Origin: Haliotis rubra
Lineage: Eukaryota
Assembly (NCBI RefSeq): GCF_003918875.1
Contig: NW_025766982.1
Location: 434,001-470,558 of the forward strand
DNA: 36,558 bases
Reading direction: 5' to 3'
Shown here: positions 21,165-33,811 of the stretch, piece after piece
Layout of the letters: each line of letters begins with the position of its first letter
Numbering within the stretch: the stretch's first letter is position 1
The notes under the pieces: generated by a model
Databases searched by the model: none
Told to the model about the DNA's origin: nothing
What the model saw: only the letters and a program-made list of their open reading frames with translations
Position numbers and translations under genes: made by a program

Positions 21165-22220
21165 AAGCAAAATGTATGAACAAGATCACTATACTAATAA
21201 CCCCGACCGTGACACCCAGCTTCAGCTGAACATCAATACTTAGCACATAAACATTTGTACACAAATTGTGAATTGTTGTTATTCCTGAAAAAAATTAAAT
21301 ATCATCATCAACATTTCAATTAGAGGAATTTGAAAGTGAAAACGGGACTTTGCCATGACTATCTTATCATTGTTATTGCCTTCTTATTATAATAGTGATT
21401 TAGAGATGGATTAAAGCAAAATAAACTACATGTAGTTTTCTGTTTCTGTTTCTGTATATATAATGGCCGTTTTCTCGTTTTCGCTGGGGTCCGTTTTCAC
21501 TATTATCCTTAAAAACAATCCAACCAATAGTTTTCAAGTTGTTGGTGACCAAAAACGTCTTTGGTTTTTGTATAACTATAGATATATGAAGCGTCGAAAT
21601 GGCCGAGCAAGTGACACAACTGGCTGACTAAAAACCGCAACACATCTATTTCACGATGTGAACGTGCTCCGTCGATTTCTTCGGTGTAAACGCGTTGACC
21701 ATGACCTTCCTCTGTCTAAACGTTTCTATTACCACAAGTTAATAGTGAAGACTGTAAGCTGCCTTTCTTTATGTAACATTTATTTTCTGTCAATCAGCAT
21801 CAGAAACAGAATGACGATCCATACTCTAGCGGCGTGTGAAATCGCCATTACACACAGTTGATAAAGATATGATCTACCTGACCTAAACACCTACGTGGCA
21901 GATAAAAACGTCGTTAGTTTACGCCAAAACTACATCACGAGTAAGTAAGTACAATATTTTGTGATCACTGTGATCAGATTGTTTGCCTGGTACATACAAA
22001 ACACCGTCTTAGAGTGGCTCCATAATTATTACTCGTATTTCAGTCAACTCTGAACGACCCTGTGGCGATTTGACCGAATTTCTTTGTCACGTAGTTACGT
22101 TATTTACACTTCTCTGGGATACGAGCGGGCTAAAACAGGGGTGGTGTATACTGGTTAAACTCTGTCACCGGCCCTTTCTAACATTTGACCTCATTTTTCT
22201 AAATGAAGCTCTAACAGAAG

Positions 22221-23199
22221 CCCAGCTGACACACAACGTTTAGGAACATTGTTGGAAGGTTGTAGATTAGTAACGTCATGACACAACACAACGTTGTCAC
22301 AACGTTATTATTACGTCATTTTATAACGTCATTACACAACGTTGTCACGACGTTATTATTACGTCATTTTATAACCATATGACACAACGTTGTCACAACG
22401 TTATTATTACGTCATTTTATAACGTTATGTCACAACGTAATAGCAACGTTGCAAATTTATGCTGAGGAAACGTTATGCTTTGTGCTCCTCGCAACGTTAT
22501 AACAACGTTTCTGATAACTTGGTGGCACGATAGAGTTTTCTGTAAAACCTTTCAGAGATTCTTTCTTTACTATTCAGCTACAGCTTCAGAAAACACACGA
22601 CCAAAACAACATGCAAATTGACCAAGATATTTTATGGATATAAGCTTCTTTATTCTTTCCAACATACCATTCCGGGATCAATACAGATATCTTCATCAGG
22701 TGAAGTGACACTAAACTGGTTCCCGGCTCCCTTTGCGCGCTCTAACTTGCGATATGCGAGACCGGGCCCAGCTTAAAGTGACAGCTGACACTACTGACGT
22801 CGACACTATGACGTCATAACTGCGTTATGACGTCACAATGCACGTGACATCACAATCCACAAGGACGTCATAGTGTCACAGTGTCATAGAATAAAGAAGC
22901 TTAAATCCATAAAATATCTTGGTCATCTATGACAACTTCTAAATGCCGCTAAAAGACAACATGCAAATTGACGAATAAACATTGAAGTAGATTGCTGCTT
23001 TGTTTCATATGTACTGTTCACTACCTAGAAAACTATTCAACTATTAACGTTAAATAGTTAAAATACATTAGCATCAAATAACTTTAACCTTGTGGTAAAA
23101 ATGACGCATCACAACGAATGTGAGAACGTAAATGGGAGTCCACAGAATAACAAGCATAATGATGCATAACGTTGTGACAACGTGAAATTGTTAGTTGGG
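22221..23199. mobile_element. Non-autonomous DNA element with CCCAGC/CCCAAC ends and internal ACAACGTT tandem repeats
   Basis: CCCAGCTGACA at 22221 and TGTTAGTTGGG ending at 23199. About three ~52-bp repeats at 22288-22440. Confidence 0.6.
22620..22924. mobile_element. Nested MITE with 37-bp terminal inverted repeats
   Basis: GACCAAGATATTTTATGGATATAAGCTTCTTTATTCT versus AGAATAAAGAAGCTTAAATCCATAAAATATCTTGGTC (1 mismatch). Confidence 0.85.
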
Positions 23200-23289
23200 A
23201 GACCGTTCACAGTTGACGCCATCGTCACACGTCGGGTTGTCTCCACACACCTTGAGTCAAGAACAGCGCGCCAAGAAACAAGTTGTGAC

Positions 23290-23493
23290 AGGTGAATATC
23301 TGGTTTAGAATCTATCGTTAGCAACCCAGGCCTGTAGTAAGAATCGATTAACGGGATCAGGTGGTCAGGCTCGCTGGCTTGGTTGATGTTTGTCATCGTA
23401 CCGATCTTGGTTTCAATTGCTGGTTCAGAATCGATTACTTACATACCACCGTCATTTAGCAGGCTTGTTCCTCAGAGTTGTTAACCAACAAAC
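23290..23493 (+). mobile_element. Diverged family-2 retroposon
   Basis: GTGAATATCTGGTTTAGAAT...AACGGGATCAGGTGGTCAGGCTCGCTG with an AAAC-type tail. Confidence 0.65.
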
Positions 23494-23494
23494 A

Positions 23495-23655
23495 TGAGTG
23501 AGTGAGTGAGTATCGTTTTACGCCGCTTTTAGGAATATTCCAGGAATATCAGGACGGGGAACACCAGAAATGGACTTCACACATTGTACCCATGTGGGGA
23601 ATCGAACCCGGGTCTTTGGCGTGACGAGCGAACGCTTTAACCATTATGCTACCCT
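23495..23655 (-). mobile_element. tRNA-derived SINE
   Basis: A and B boxes with an (ACTC)n tail. Confidence 0.85.
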
Positions 23656-23756
23656 AAATATACATAAGAAACACACGTTGCCACTAAAACTTGGACATTT
23701 AACTTGAACCTGAGTACTTCTGTGTCCTCCACTGGCGATAGTGTCAGACAAATGTG

Positions 23757-23906
23757 TGTAGTGTGGTGGTTAAAGTGTTTGCTTGTCACGCCGAAGACCC
23801 GGTTCGATTCTCCACACGCCCGCAATGTGTGACGCCCATTTCTGGTGTCCCCCGTTGTGACATTGCTGGAATGTTGCTAAATGTGACGCACAGCCACACC
23901 CACTCG
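23757..23906 (+). mobile_element. tRNA-derived SINE (diverged)
   Basis: GGTGGTTAAAG...GCTTGTCACGCCGAAGACCCGGTTCGATTC...CCCATTTCTGGTGTCCCC. Confidence 0.8.
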
Positions 23907-24884
23907 CTTCTATTCAGTTAGAGCGTACGTTAGTTTAGCTCTGCAAGTGCAATCTGCAATCGGAACATCCCGCCCTGGGTTCCGTCACACAAACTGACCT
24001 GAGTTCAACGATTATCTTAAGTATGAGTGCACATTAGCCTCAAGGTCTATTTGTGGGCCTTATAACGTTGATAAGAGTGCAGACGTGGTCAGAGAAAGTG
24101 CCCTGTCACCATCGTGCAATCTGTTGTATAGATCTTGAACTGTTTTTAACCTAAATAGGCCTTTGGACGTCTCTGTGTACAAGGTCATGGCAAAAGATAG
24201 CATGTGTGTCATAATAAGCCTTGGTTCTTCATTCGAGTTCCCAACTCAAAACTGTATCCATAGTTAGTTTTGAAAGTATCGGTTTAAATATGTTTATGTA
24301 TCGTTTACATTTTGCATTGTTTTGATGTTATGAGAGTTATAAATGATTATTTTTCATGCACAAAGATGGGAAATTAGAACTTTTTAATCTCTGAGAATAA
24401 AAAATGTTGATATTTTCATGGACAATTATAAAATATGAATTATCAATTTTCAAAATGTAACTAAATTTACGTAATAATGCCGCGAAAATAGGTATCGTGA
24501 TATGTATCGAATCGTGACATGGGTATCGTGATACGTATCGATTCATGAAACTTCTGTATCGTGAAATCCCTAATATAAACATATCAGATATATGTATTCA
24601 TTTCGGCCTCACAGCCTAGAATACAATTGTATTTCGATAGAACACATGTCACGAGGTGTACAATACCAAAACATTCTCTGGTATCATTTCGAAAACGAAA
24701 ACTCTGAACAAGAAACATTTATATTGAACAGCTGAATTTTATACTTTTATTTCAATCTGCGCCATTCCAACAATAAGTCACAGAGATGCTTCTTTGCTCA
24801 TACAAACACATGTTATCGACATCGTGCGTGCCAGTTAAAGTGTTGAATAGTAAGAAAATAGTTGTTCGTTTTCCTGGCTGTCCA

Positions 24885-27800
24885 TTAAAACTGTGTTTGC
24901 GGTCGTTTGGCCAACCATTTGGCAATTCCTGCGTTCGCCTTGACCTTCTCTGCGTTGGCTTTGACCAATGGGAAACGTTCTATCAGGCTTTGATCAAAAC
25001 CAGCAGAATCCAGAAAGTCAAATGCAGCCAGATCGGCATATCCAAGCTGGAAAAATCACATTAAAGCATGTCACGCTTTTTCGACAATATTTTGGTCTAT
25101 ATTTTATATTGGGGGCATATGCCCTCACTTTAGATTCCTATTGATGCATCAAAAGACTATCTATTCCTAACGACTTGCCTGAAATCGATGATTGAAATTT
25201 CGAGGCGAACAGCTTCCAAACAGAAACAGTTGTCATGTATGGAATGTGAAGAATTGCTCCGTACATCTAAAACTGCCGCAGGCGGTGTTGTCGGTGTTTA
25301 CCGAACTGGTTTCGATCACAAGTTGTACGTAGGATATTCATAAGGAGCGCTCCAATGGACATAACTCTATTGGGTTCGGTTTTAATGCAATGTTGCATTA
25401 ATTCACTCGAACTTTTAATGTAATATTGTAATCTAAATATGTCAATGTTTTTGGAATAAATCATATGGTAGCTTCCCTGAGGGCTGATAGCTGGTGAGAG
25501 AAATGCATTCGTATTTTGAGAGAAATGTGGTGTGATATTATGCCTTTAAGTCGTATTTTAGACCATGTCTTTCCAGTGTTTCAGCTTAGTAACGTTTTGA
25601 TAACGTTGGTTACTATTTGCTAAAACAGATGTCCATGTTTATACGTAACAATCAATTTCCAGGCAATTTATGTCCGATGTGTTACCTTGTTGCCGACATA
25701 GAAACCCGTGTTGTTATTTTTCAGCACAGTTTCAAGGAAGCCCAGATATCTTGGCAAGTTCGTTTCATTGTTTTCCTTGGCAATCTCCGCCTACAAAATA
25801 AATACAAAAATAATAGATTGTTATTGATGACTAAAGGAAATTGAAATACACTAATCAACACCTTTAACGGTGTTTGGGACGACAAGCATTAGGCAAACGA
25901 AGAAAGTATATCCATCACATATAATTAAATAGGTGAAATGAACTAATGTTTACTGTTTGATCCGGTGTTCACGATTAATGCTTTATGAGGTGGTGCGTGT
26001 GTTTGGGACTAGTACCGATTTTAATGTGCCAGACCACTGACATACCAAGCCGCATTTTCAATAAGATGCAACACAGACTCCACACAGCGCACTCCAAACG
26101 TTCAGCCCTTGTTTTATTACCTAAGAAGAAACCAAAACAACTCGTTCGACGCTGCCAGGAACCACCGACTTTCCGATCAATGTATTCACGGATGCTGGTA
26201 GAATTATGTGTCTGTTCCACGATCTAGAAGTCAGAGAATGCAGACTCCGATCTTCAGCAAATCATGCTAATAGTGGTAAGAGGCGAATAACGGGACCGGG
26301 TGGTCAGACGCTCTGATGCTTGTCATCGTAATCCAACTGCATCTAGACAAGATTATTTACAAGCCACTGTCATATAGTTGGAACAATGCTTAGTGTGGTT
26401 TCAAGCAACAAACAAACAAAAGACAGGTGTGTACTATATTTCGAAATTCCACCATACGCCCTTCACTGTTCAAAGCATTCAAAACTCATAAAATAATGTA
26501 TGAAACTTAAGTGCAAAAGAAGACACAGTCTTCACTATCTCAAAAACAGATTCCATTATGAAGCATAGAACATGTTCCTTGGTAACGTCACCTTTCTTGC
26601 TTCATCCTTCTCCATGAAAAATCGAACCAAGGCTTCACGTAAGTCCGAAACAATTCCAAGAACTTGATCAACTTCTAGCACTTCAACATCAGTTTTGCCA
26701 TGGAAACCTGGATAAAGCATGCATCAGTTCAGCAAAATCACATAGCGTGCTCAGGTCATCCATAAGATGCGTCACTTGATGCGCCAGAACCCTATGATTC
26801 CAGTAATATGGCCGCGGTCTGTAAATAATCGAGTCTGGACAAGACAATCAAGTGATCGACAATATGAGCATCAATCTACGCAATTTTGATGCGATGACAT
26901 GTGTCAACCAAGTCAGTGAGCCTGACCACTGGATCCCGTTAATCGCCTCTTACGACAAGCATGGGTTGCTGAAGACCAATTCATACCCGGATCTTCACGG
27001 GTTCCAGAACTCTATGAAGGATGTTCAAATGCCATATTGCCGTTATGTTTTACAGTGAGTTAGACTCAAAGTCTCACCGGCAATGTTTCGGCTAAGATTT
27101 TTTGCATTACAGCGCCAAGCATTGTCATTGTTCATAGCAATGAACAATCCTAGATTATCTGGAATTTAAACGGATGCCCTATCCGCTTAAAACAGCTGAC
27201 TGGACACTTGTGATAGGTACTGCTTGTTTGTTGTTTAATGCAGTACTCAGGTAATATTCCAGGTATATGGTGGCTATCTGTAAATAACTGAGTCTGGACC
27301 AGACAATCCTGTGGTCAACAGCATGAGCATCGATCTACGTAACTGGAATAGGAGGACATGTGTCAACCAAGTCAGCGAAGCTGACCACTCGATCCCGTTA
27401 GTCGCCTCTTACTGGGCATGGGTTATCTGTTTCATTGACATTTTATAAGTTGATGAATAATAAGAAAAGTAGGGTATTTTATGAGAGTTAAGTGTCAAGA
27501 TTGTATTAGGTCAAAAACCAATACACTTTAGCTTAATGGAATATTTGCCCGAGCACATGGCGAGTTACACGCGTAGACAACAATCATAATTATAGTATTG
27601 GCCAAAATGTGATATAATAAAGAACTTGTCATTCATAAAGCATGGGTTGCTGAGACCCGTTCCTCAAAGCGCAAAGATGATCGTAACTCCCATACTTTGA
27701 CATAGATTTACGATTGTCGTTGCGCTAAGATGATCGTAACTCTCATACTTTCACATAGATTTACGATTGTCGTAGCGCTAAGATGATCGTAACTCCCATA

Positions 27801-30800
27801 CTTTGACATAGATTTACGATTGTCGTAGCGCTAAGATGATCGTAACTCCCATACTTTGACATAGATTTACGATTGTCGTTGCGCTAAGATGATCGTAACT
27901 CCCATACTTTGACATAGATTTACGATTGTCGTAGCGCTAAGATGATCGTAACTCCTATACTGTGACACAGATTTACGATTGTCGTAGCGCAAAGATGATC
28001 GTAACTCCCATATTTTGACATAGATTTACGATTGTCGTAGCGTTACGATCGCCTCGTGGAACGGGGCCCTGAAGACCAATTCTAACTCGGATCTTCACGA
28101 GTCTTGATAGATACTGCCTGTACAACTCACCAAACTTCCTAGCCAGGAAATTGGAGATGGCCATGCTCTGCCCGTATTGTTTTCCATCTACCTCCAGCAC
28201 CGGAAGTCTGCCGAACACGTACTCTGGAATTAAAGAGAAAACATCCAAGGAAACCGAAATTTCATTCGTGGAAGATTTTGTGATGTTAGCTCTTATTATG
28301 TGACTAGACTTAGCATATGTCTATGACGGGGTCACCTGGGGCAGGATACGCTCACCTTGTCGCTAACACCTGGTATCATCACTATTTCATAATGATTCGT
28401 AAACACATTCTCTGTCATCGTACCGCACTGGTTAGAATCATTGGATTGTCTGGTTCAGACATACAGCTGTCATACTGCTCAAACAAATATCTGCTCAAGA
28501 TATGATCACAATTGTTTCTATTTATACATATAACAGATCGACACTTAATATCTGTTGATATAAGTACATACCCTACAACGATCAAGCCAGTCTTGTAATG
28601 GCCACCATGGTCTAAGTGAAAACTGTGCACGTACTACAATCGGTGAGTGAAAATGAATATTGGTTGACACCGCATCAGCAATTTTACAGCTGATCGCGAT
28701 CAGTAATTGGACGATAATTAAGTTATTTAGTGATTGTTAATTAGTATACATGTAGTTTCAACAAAGCAGTAAAAGACGGTAAAATAAATGTGTACATGGT
28801 GAACTAAAAAAACAGCTGATCGAACGGTTTTCGAACTCCGTGCACTGTATGCGTCATATTATGACGTCATACGGTTGTAAGCAATACAGCTTCTCGGCGG
28901 AGGATTTGGGGTTACCGTGGCAGCGGGTAATATTTTTTCCAATTGTCACCTTCCTGGGAGGGTTGACACATAAACTTGTGAAAGCGTCATTGGCCAATGA
29001 AATTAAAGTATTTTACACGAAGGTAAGATATAAGAATTATATTACACGCGTTAATAATAAGGCTATTAGAAGAAAGGTGTCCCCAAGTCACGAATCTTCA
29101 CATCAGTAACCGCTACCACCACAAAACAACCATACTAATCATCATGTTAATCACAGGATTGTCTGGTCCAGACTCGATTATTTACACACCGCCGCCATAT
29201 AGCTGGAATATTGTTGAGTGCGGCGTAAAACTAAACTCACCCATTCACTCAATAATCATCATGGCCAGACACAGAAAGAGATTAGGACTTGTCCTGGTTG
29301 TACACGTATAAAAACTGATAAGAAATCACGAAAGTCGAAATGGCATAAGACCCGTGAAGATCCGGGGTAGAATAGGTCTTCAGCAACCCACAAAAGGCGA
29401 CTATGCCTGTCGTAAGAGGCGACTGACGGGATCGGGTGGTCAGGCTCGCTGACCTGGTTGACACATGTCATCGGTTCCCAATTGCGCAGATCGATGCTCA
29501 TGCTGTTGATCACTGGATTGTCTGGTCCAGACTCGATTATTTACAGACCGCCGCCATATAAAACTTCGGCGTAAAACTAAACTTACTCACTCACTCACTC
29601 ACCCAGCGATATACACAAACCAACATTAAAGATACGTATCAGTCTGTACTTGTTTTGAACCCCGGGACAGAAACACTTTTTCTTGAGACATGTCTGAATA
29701 CGAATATTTCTTTCAGTTTGTACCAAAAAATTGAATTAAAACGATTAATGCACATCTGTTGTCATTTCTGTAACAGAGTATTTCACCCCCATTTAGGATC
29801 AAAGAGAAAACACTGTCTCAGCAGAAGTCATAGTGCAGATTACACATTCAGCCCGTCACTCTGCCAAGTCCCACCCAGTTTACCTTTGAGACGTGGCACC
29901 CTAGTTTCTATAGACCTTTTTTAAAAAAGTTAACCTGTCCTTGAACAAGAACGTGTTTTTTTCTAAAGACCCGACTCGCCCATTGTCCTTGGGTCAAGTG
30001 TCTGTTTGCTTGACCCAATCAACTGTGTCTCAACATACACGCTACCCCAAACACAGTTCAATGACATTCCTTTCCACGTGAATCAGAACAGATGGTCTTA
30101 TATAAGACTTCCATGTATAGGCATTTATTACTAAATTTGTTCTGGTTTAATGAAGGGTCGGCTGATGAATTCCATTCGTTTGGTTTTATTGCTACTGTCA
30201 ATCTTCACGAAAGGGAAACTCGATGACCACAAAGTGAAGAGGTCACGTCTTCTTACCGACAGACATTAAGAGTGTTTTTAGACACGTTTATCATACCAAT
30301 CTAAAACCATTATGTATGTAGACATTTACACATAGATAATAACACTGTTATATTAACTTATTTGCTTGCCATTCATTAAGTATTTACTACTAATCTGTAT
30401 ATATTTGCATTATAATGAGTTATTGTTCGCAGTTAATAAGTTTATATGATTAATGGTGGTTGTGCCGGTTCTGTTGGTAGTGGGGAATTACTGGAACATA
30501 TTCTTTGAACCCCACTAGCCCTCACCCATCCACAATCTCTCACACTCACACCCATCCACAATCTCTCACACCCACACCCACCCACAATCACTCACACCCA
30601 CCCACAATCTCCCACTCTGACCACAATCACCCACACCCGCCCACAATCAACCACCCACACCCACAATCAACAACACCCACCCACAATCACCCACACCCAC
30701 CAACACCCGCCCACAATCACCCACAAACACACACAATCACCCACACACAATCACCTAGACACACCTACCATCACCCACACCACCACACACAATCACCCCC

Positions 30801-31731
30801 ACACACACACACACAAATCACTCACAATCACCAACACACACACACACCCATAATCACCACATCCACCCACCATCACCAACAACCACCCAATCACTGACGC
30901 CCAGTTTGACCCGATTGACCTCCTAGTATATTCCTGTTCCTCATGTTAGTCGAGGTTTGCTTCACAAGCGCAAGGACTCAAGTAGAAATTTATTTCCCTT
31001 TGATTGGTACATCACCTCCTACCACTTCTTGTAGCCCAGAACCTGTTTTATGTTCGGCAGCTTAACTGCGCTTGCCCCGAGATATGAACACTTTGGTCAT
31101 CATCGGCCATATAAGGATACAGTCGGAAAAGTCCCACAGTATCATTTGTTTGTGTTCGTGAGTCAGCTCTTTCGACAAGCAAGGATGTTTGTTTGTTTGT
31201 TTGTTTGTTTGTTTGTTGTTTAATGCTGCACTCAGCAATATTCAAACTATATATTTATATGGCGGCGGTCTGAAAATAATGGAGTCTGTAAACAATCCAG
31301 TGATCAACACCATGAGCATCGATCTACGCAACTGGATGCGATGACATGTGTTAAAACTAAGTCAGCTAGCTAGACCACCCGATCCCGTTAGTCGAACTTT
31401 ACGACAAGGCTGGGTTGCTGACGATCAATTCTAACCCGGATCTTCACGGATCAGAAGGATGTAATGTGCCCGGAGCCCCCCAGGGGTAATTTTGACGTGA
31501 AAACTATTCACTCACTCGCACACTCGTACACTCGCACACTCACCCTGCTACCTACCCATAAATTCACCTGTCCACTGACTCACTCACTAACTACTCACTG
31601 TCTTTCATCCCAGGAAAGTCTTCATACTTTAGTCTGACGTCTTCATATTCCTGCCCCGCCAGTGCGAAGAGGAAGCGAGACAGCTCACCTCGTCCACGAA
31701 AGTCAAAGTAAATCAGCTTGTATTGAGGCAT
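24885..31731 (-). CDS. GST: Sigma-class glutathione S-transferase GST-D, 202 aa, 5 exons (divergent paralog)
   Basis: Exons 31731-31599, 28223-28131, 26707-26592, 25790-25686, 25046-24885, all GT-AG, 609 nt: [202 protein letters not shown]. Confidence 0.93.
26800..27004 (-). mobile_element. Family-2 retroposon
   Basis: The reverse complement begins GAACCCGTGAAGATCCGGGTATGAATTGGTCTTCAGCAACCC. Confidence 0.85.
27222..27424 (-). mobile_element. Family-2 retroposon (5'-truncated, AAAC tail)
   Basis: Body homologous to the other family-2 copies. Confidence 0.75.
27654..28069. mobile_element. MITE carrying seven tandem 53-bp hairpin units, inserted into the head of a family-2 retroposon
   Basis: Units AAGATGATCGTAACTCCCATACTTTGACATAGATTTACGATTGTCGTWGCGCT start at 27674, 27727, 27780, 27833, 27886, 27939 and 27992. 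Ends are GACCCGTTCC / GGAACGGGGCCC with TGA on both sides. Confidence 0.85.
29145..29250 (+). mobile_element. Family-2 retroposon, 3' fragment
   Basis: GGATTGTCTGGTCCAGACTCG...GGCGTAAAACTAAACTCAC. Confidence 0.8.
29349..29602 (+). mobile_element. Family-2 retroposon, full length
   Basis: Begins GACCCGTGAAGATCCGGGGTAGAATAGGTCTTCAGCAACCC and ends in an (ACTC)n tail. Confidence 0.85.
30520..30893. repeat. CA-rich degenerate minisatellite (CACCCACAATCA-like)
   Basis: Directly visible low-complexity tract in GST-D intron 1. Confidence 0.9.
31186..31452 (-). mobile_element. Family-2 retroposon, full length, (AAAC)n tail
   Basis: The reverse complement begins GATCCGTGAAGATCCGGGTTAGAATTGATCGTCAGCAACCC. 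The tail is the (TTTG)n run at 31186-31220. Confidence 0.85.
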
Positions 31732-31786
31732 GTTTCTCACCAGCTCCTAACACAATGTCGAAGAGACTTATCTCTCACTCTTACCG

Positions 31787-31845
31787 ATTGCGTAACGTGA
31801 CTCGGCCCTATGTTGCTGAATCACAACGGTCGAAGGTCAAGGTCG
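31787..31845 (-). promoter_or_regulatory. Putative GST-D promoter: C/EBP-like site, two ARE consensus matches and a nuclear-receptor half-site repeat
   Basis: ATTGCGTAAC at 31787-31796; GTGACTCGGC (+) at 31797-31806; GTGATTCAGCA (-) at 31824-31814; AGGTCAAGGTCG at 31834-31845. Confidence 0.55.
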
Positions 31846-32046
31846 ACGAAGTAGTGCTCGTGCGGGTGGAGACTTATCTCAGATGTGAAATGGCTACTCG
31901 GCGCAACGTTTCTGAATAGTAGCTGTTTATCAGACCTATCAGTGAGAGTAAAAGATTACTTTTTTGGGCCAAATGTTAGCGTGGTGCTGTTGGAGACCTT
32001 GCGTTCTTACCCTGTTCACGAACACATAGTAACACTCATGATTAAC

Positions 32047-33104
32047 GGGGCGATGGGGTAACCTAATTGTTAATGCACCCGGTCTTCATGTTGAAGACCC
32101 GGGTTTGATTCCCTACATGGGGTTGTATCCCATTACCCCTACATCCCAGTACCCCTACAATTAGTTAAAACAACACACGGCATTTACCTGTCTGGCATAA
32201 TGAACTTACCCATGGGAGCGATTAAAGTGCTGTTGCTTACAGAGAGGATCTGGAAATATCCAGATGGGTAAGAAGAGCGGCTGGACTACCCCTTTTACCC
32301 CAGAACAGTATCCAGGACACGTGGATTGACGCATGGACGACGCTCCCGATGGAACAAGAGCGGCCACCTTCAACGATTACATGGTGACTACCTGGGTCGA
32401 CGACGACGCAAGATTCCGTCTGCCACTGTGGAACCATCACTCAACAACAGGTCCAAGGACAAACAAAAACCTAGAGGGATTCCACAACCGCCTGAACCGG
32501 GGACTCCCACATCGACACCCAAACATCTACTGATTTGTGGAGGTGATCAGGAAAGTTGAACATGCTGAGAGAGCGAACATTTCCCAGATAGACTTTGGAG
32601 CAGCACAGAGAATCAGAAAGAGAGTGTACAGAGAGACGGAGCATCGTTTGTGCCGCCTCAAGGAGCAGCTCAATCTTGGGCTGAAAACACCAATGCAGTT
32701 CCTTGACGCTGTGGGCCATCTCCTCAAATTGGGATAGAGACTTGTTTAAAAGACAAAAATTAACATTAAAAAGTTAACATGACCTGCTGCTCATATTCAT
32801 GTCACGACCAGGAAGATAGCTGTGTATTATATTCATTTATTTGTGTAATTAAATCCATAAATTAAAACATTAAATCTTGTGTTCACGTGTTTGGGCTAGT
32901 CCATTGTCCAGGTAACAGGTAACAGGAAGGGGATTAGCAGTGCATTGGACCGTGAACTTTGTTGTTATAAGCTGTAGGAGTAATGAGATGTAGGGGTAAT
33001 GAGAGAATACCCTACATGGGTACAATGTGTGAAGCCTGTTTCTGGCGTCCCCCGTCGTGATATTGCTGGGATATAGTCAAACCATATTCACTTACTCACT
33101 CACT
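32047..33104 (+). mobile_element. tRNA-derived SINE split in two (32047-32120 and 33012-33104) by a DNA transposon
   Basis: The head ends ...GAAGACCCGGGTTTGATTCCCTACATGG, and the sequence resumes as CTACATGGGTACAATGTGTGAAGCC...ACTCACTC after the insertion. Confidence 0.85.
32121..33011 (+). mobile_element. Mutator-like (MULE) transposon, internal-deletion derivative
   Basis: ~39-bp TIRs GGTTGTATCCCATTACCCCTACATC / GATGTAGGGGTAATGAGAGAATACC and an 8-10-bp TSD (C)CTACATGG(G). Transposase C-terminal part ...WNHHSTTGPRTNKNLEGFHNRLN...HPNIY* contains a stop. Confidence 0.85.
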
Positions 33105-33811
33105 AATGATTCCGGTAATTTTCACTGCCCCGTGACTACCTGTGGAATCTGTTTCGATGGATGAAAGTCATGTTCAGAGTAAGCACGTGGCCAACCAGGG
33201 CAATACTCAGTGAAGGCACGGAGACAGCCACTTCGATGAAATCCACGTCTGACGAGGACGGGTGTGATGGTGAAAAACAACCCACAATCGTATGTTTCTG
33301 ACGCTCAGGTGCACTTGGCCACGTGAGAGGACAGATAACGTTTCCGAGGAGGGAATGGAATTTGCCTGTGTTCGACAGAAGCAGGCGATCTCTAATGCAT
33401 ATAGTTTGATGTTAGCAATGGCCTTGAAAACATATCGTCTTACATGATTATTACTCCTGATACATTCAAGAGTGTGTGCGTACGCGCGCGCGCGTGTGTG
33501 TGTGTATGGATGGATGCGGGCATGTGTACGAACGTTTGATGAAGCTTTACATTAAATATACCTATTCAGCCGAACATCAATCTTCTGTTTCTTGAAAGTA
33601 TAGTATTTTTTTTTAATATTCTCACAGAAAACTAGATTAATGTAATTCTTCATGGAACTTGTAGCTTTCAAAGTGGTATTACTGATTCGTGTAGTTCATA
33701 TCCTTGAGTATTGTTAAATTCAACTTTCGCACTCACTCATATATGTTAAGCATAAATCAGCCTAGCATTTATCATCTGTACAGAGAAATATCAATGTTCA
33801 TGCGTCACGGA

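Noticed and set aside
27674-28044. Regular palindromic repeats resembling a CRISPR array
   Set aside because: The units are near-identical head-to-tail copies with no unique spacers, no cas genes are present, and the context is a eukaryotic intron.
30505-30897. His/Pro/Thr-rich 130-aa ORF
   Set aside because: It is a CA-rich low-complexity repeat with no ATG start (the first codon is TTG) and no splice support.
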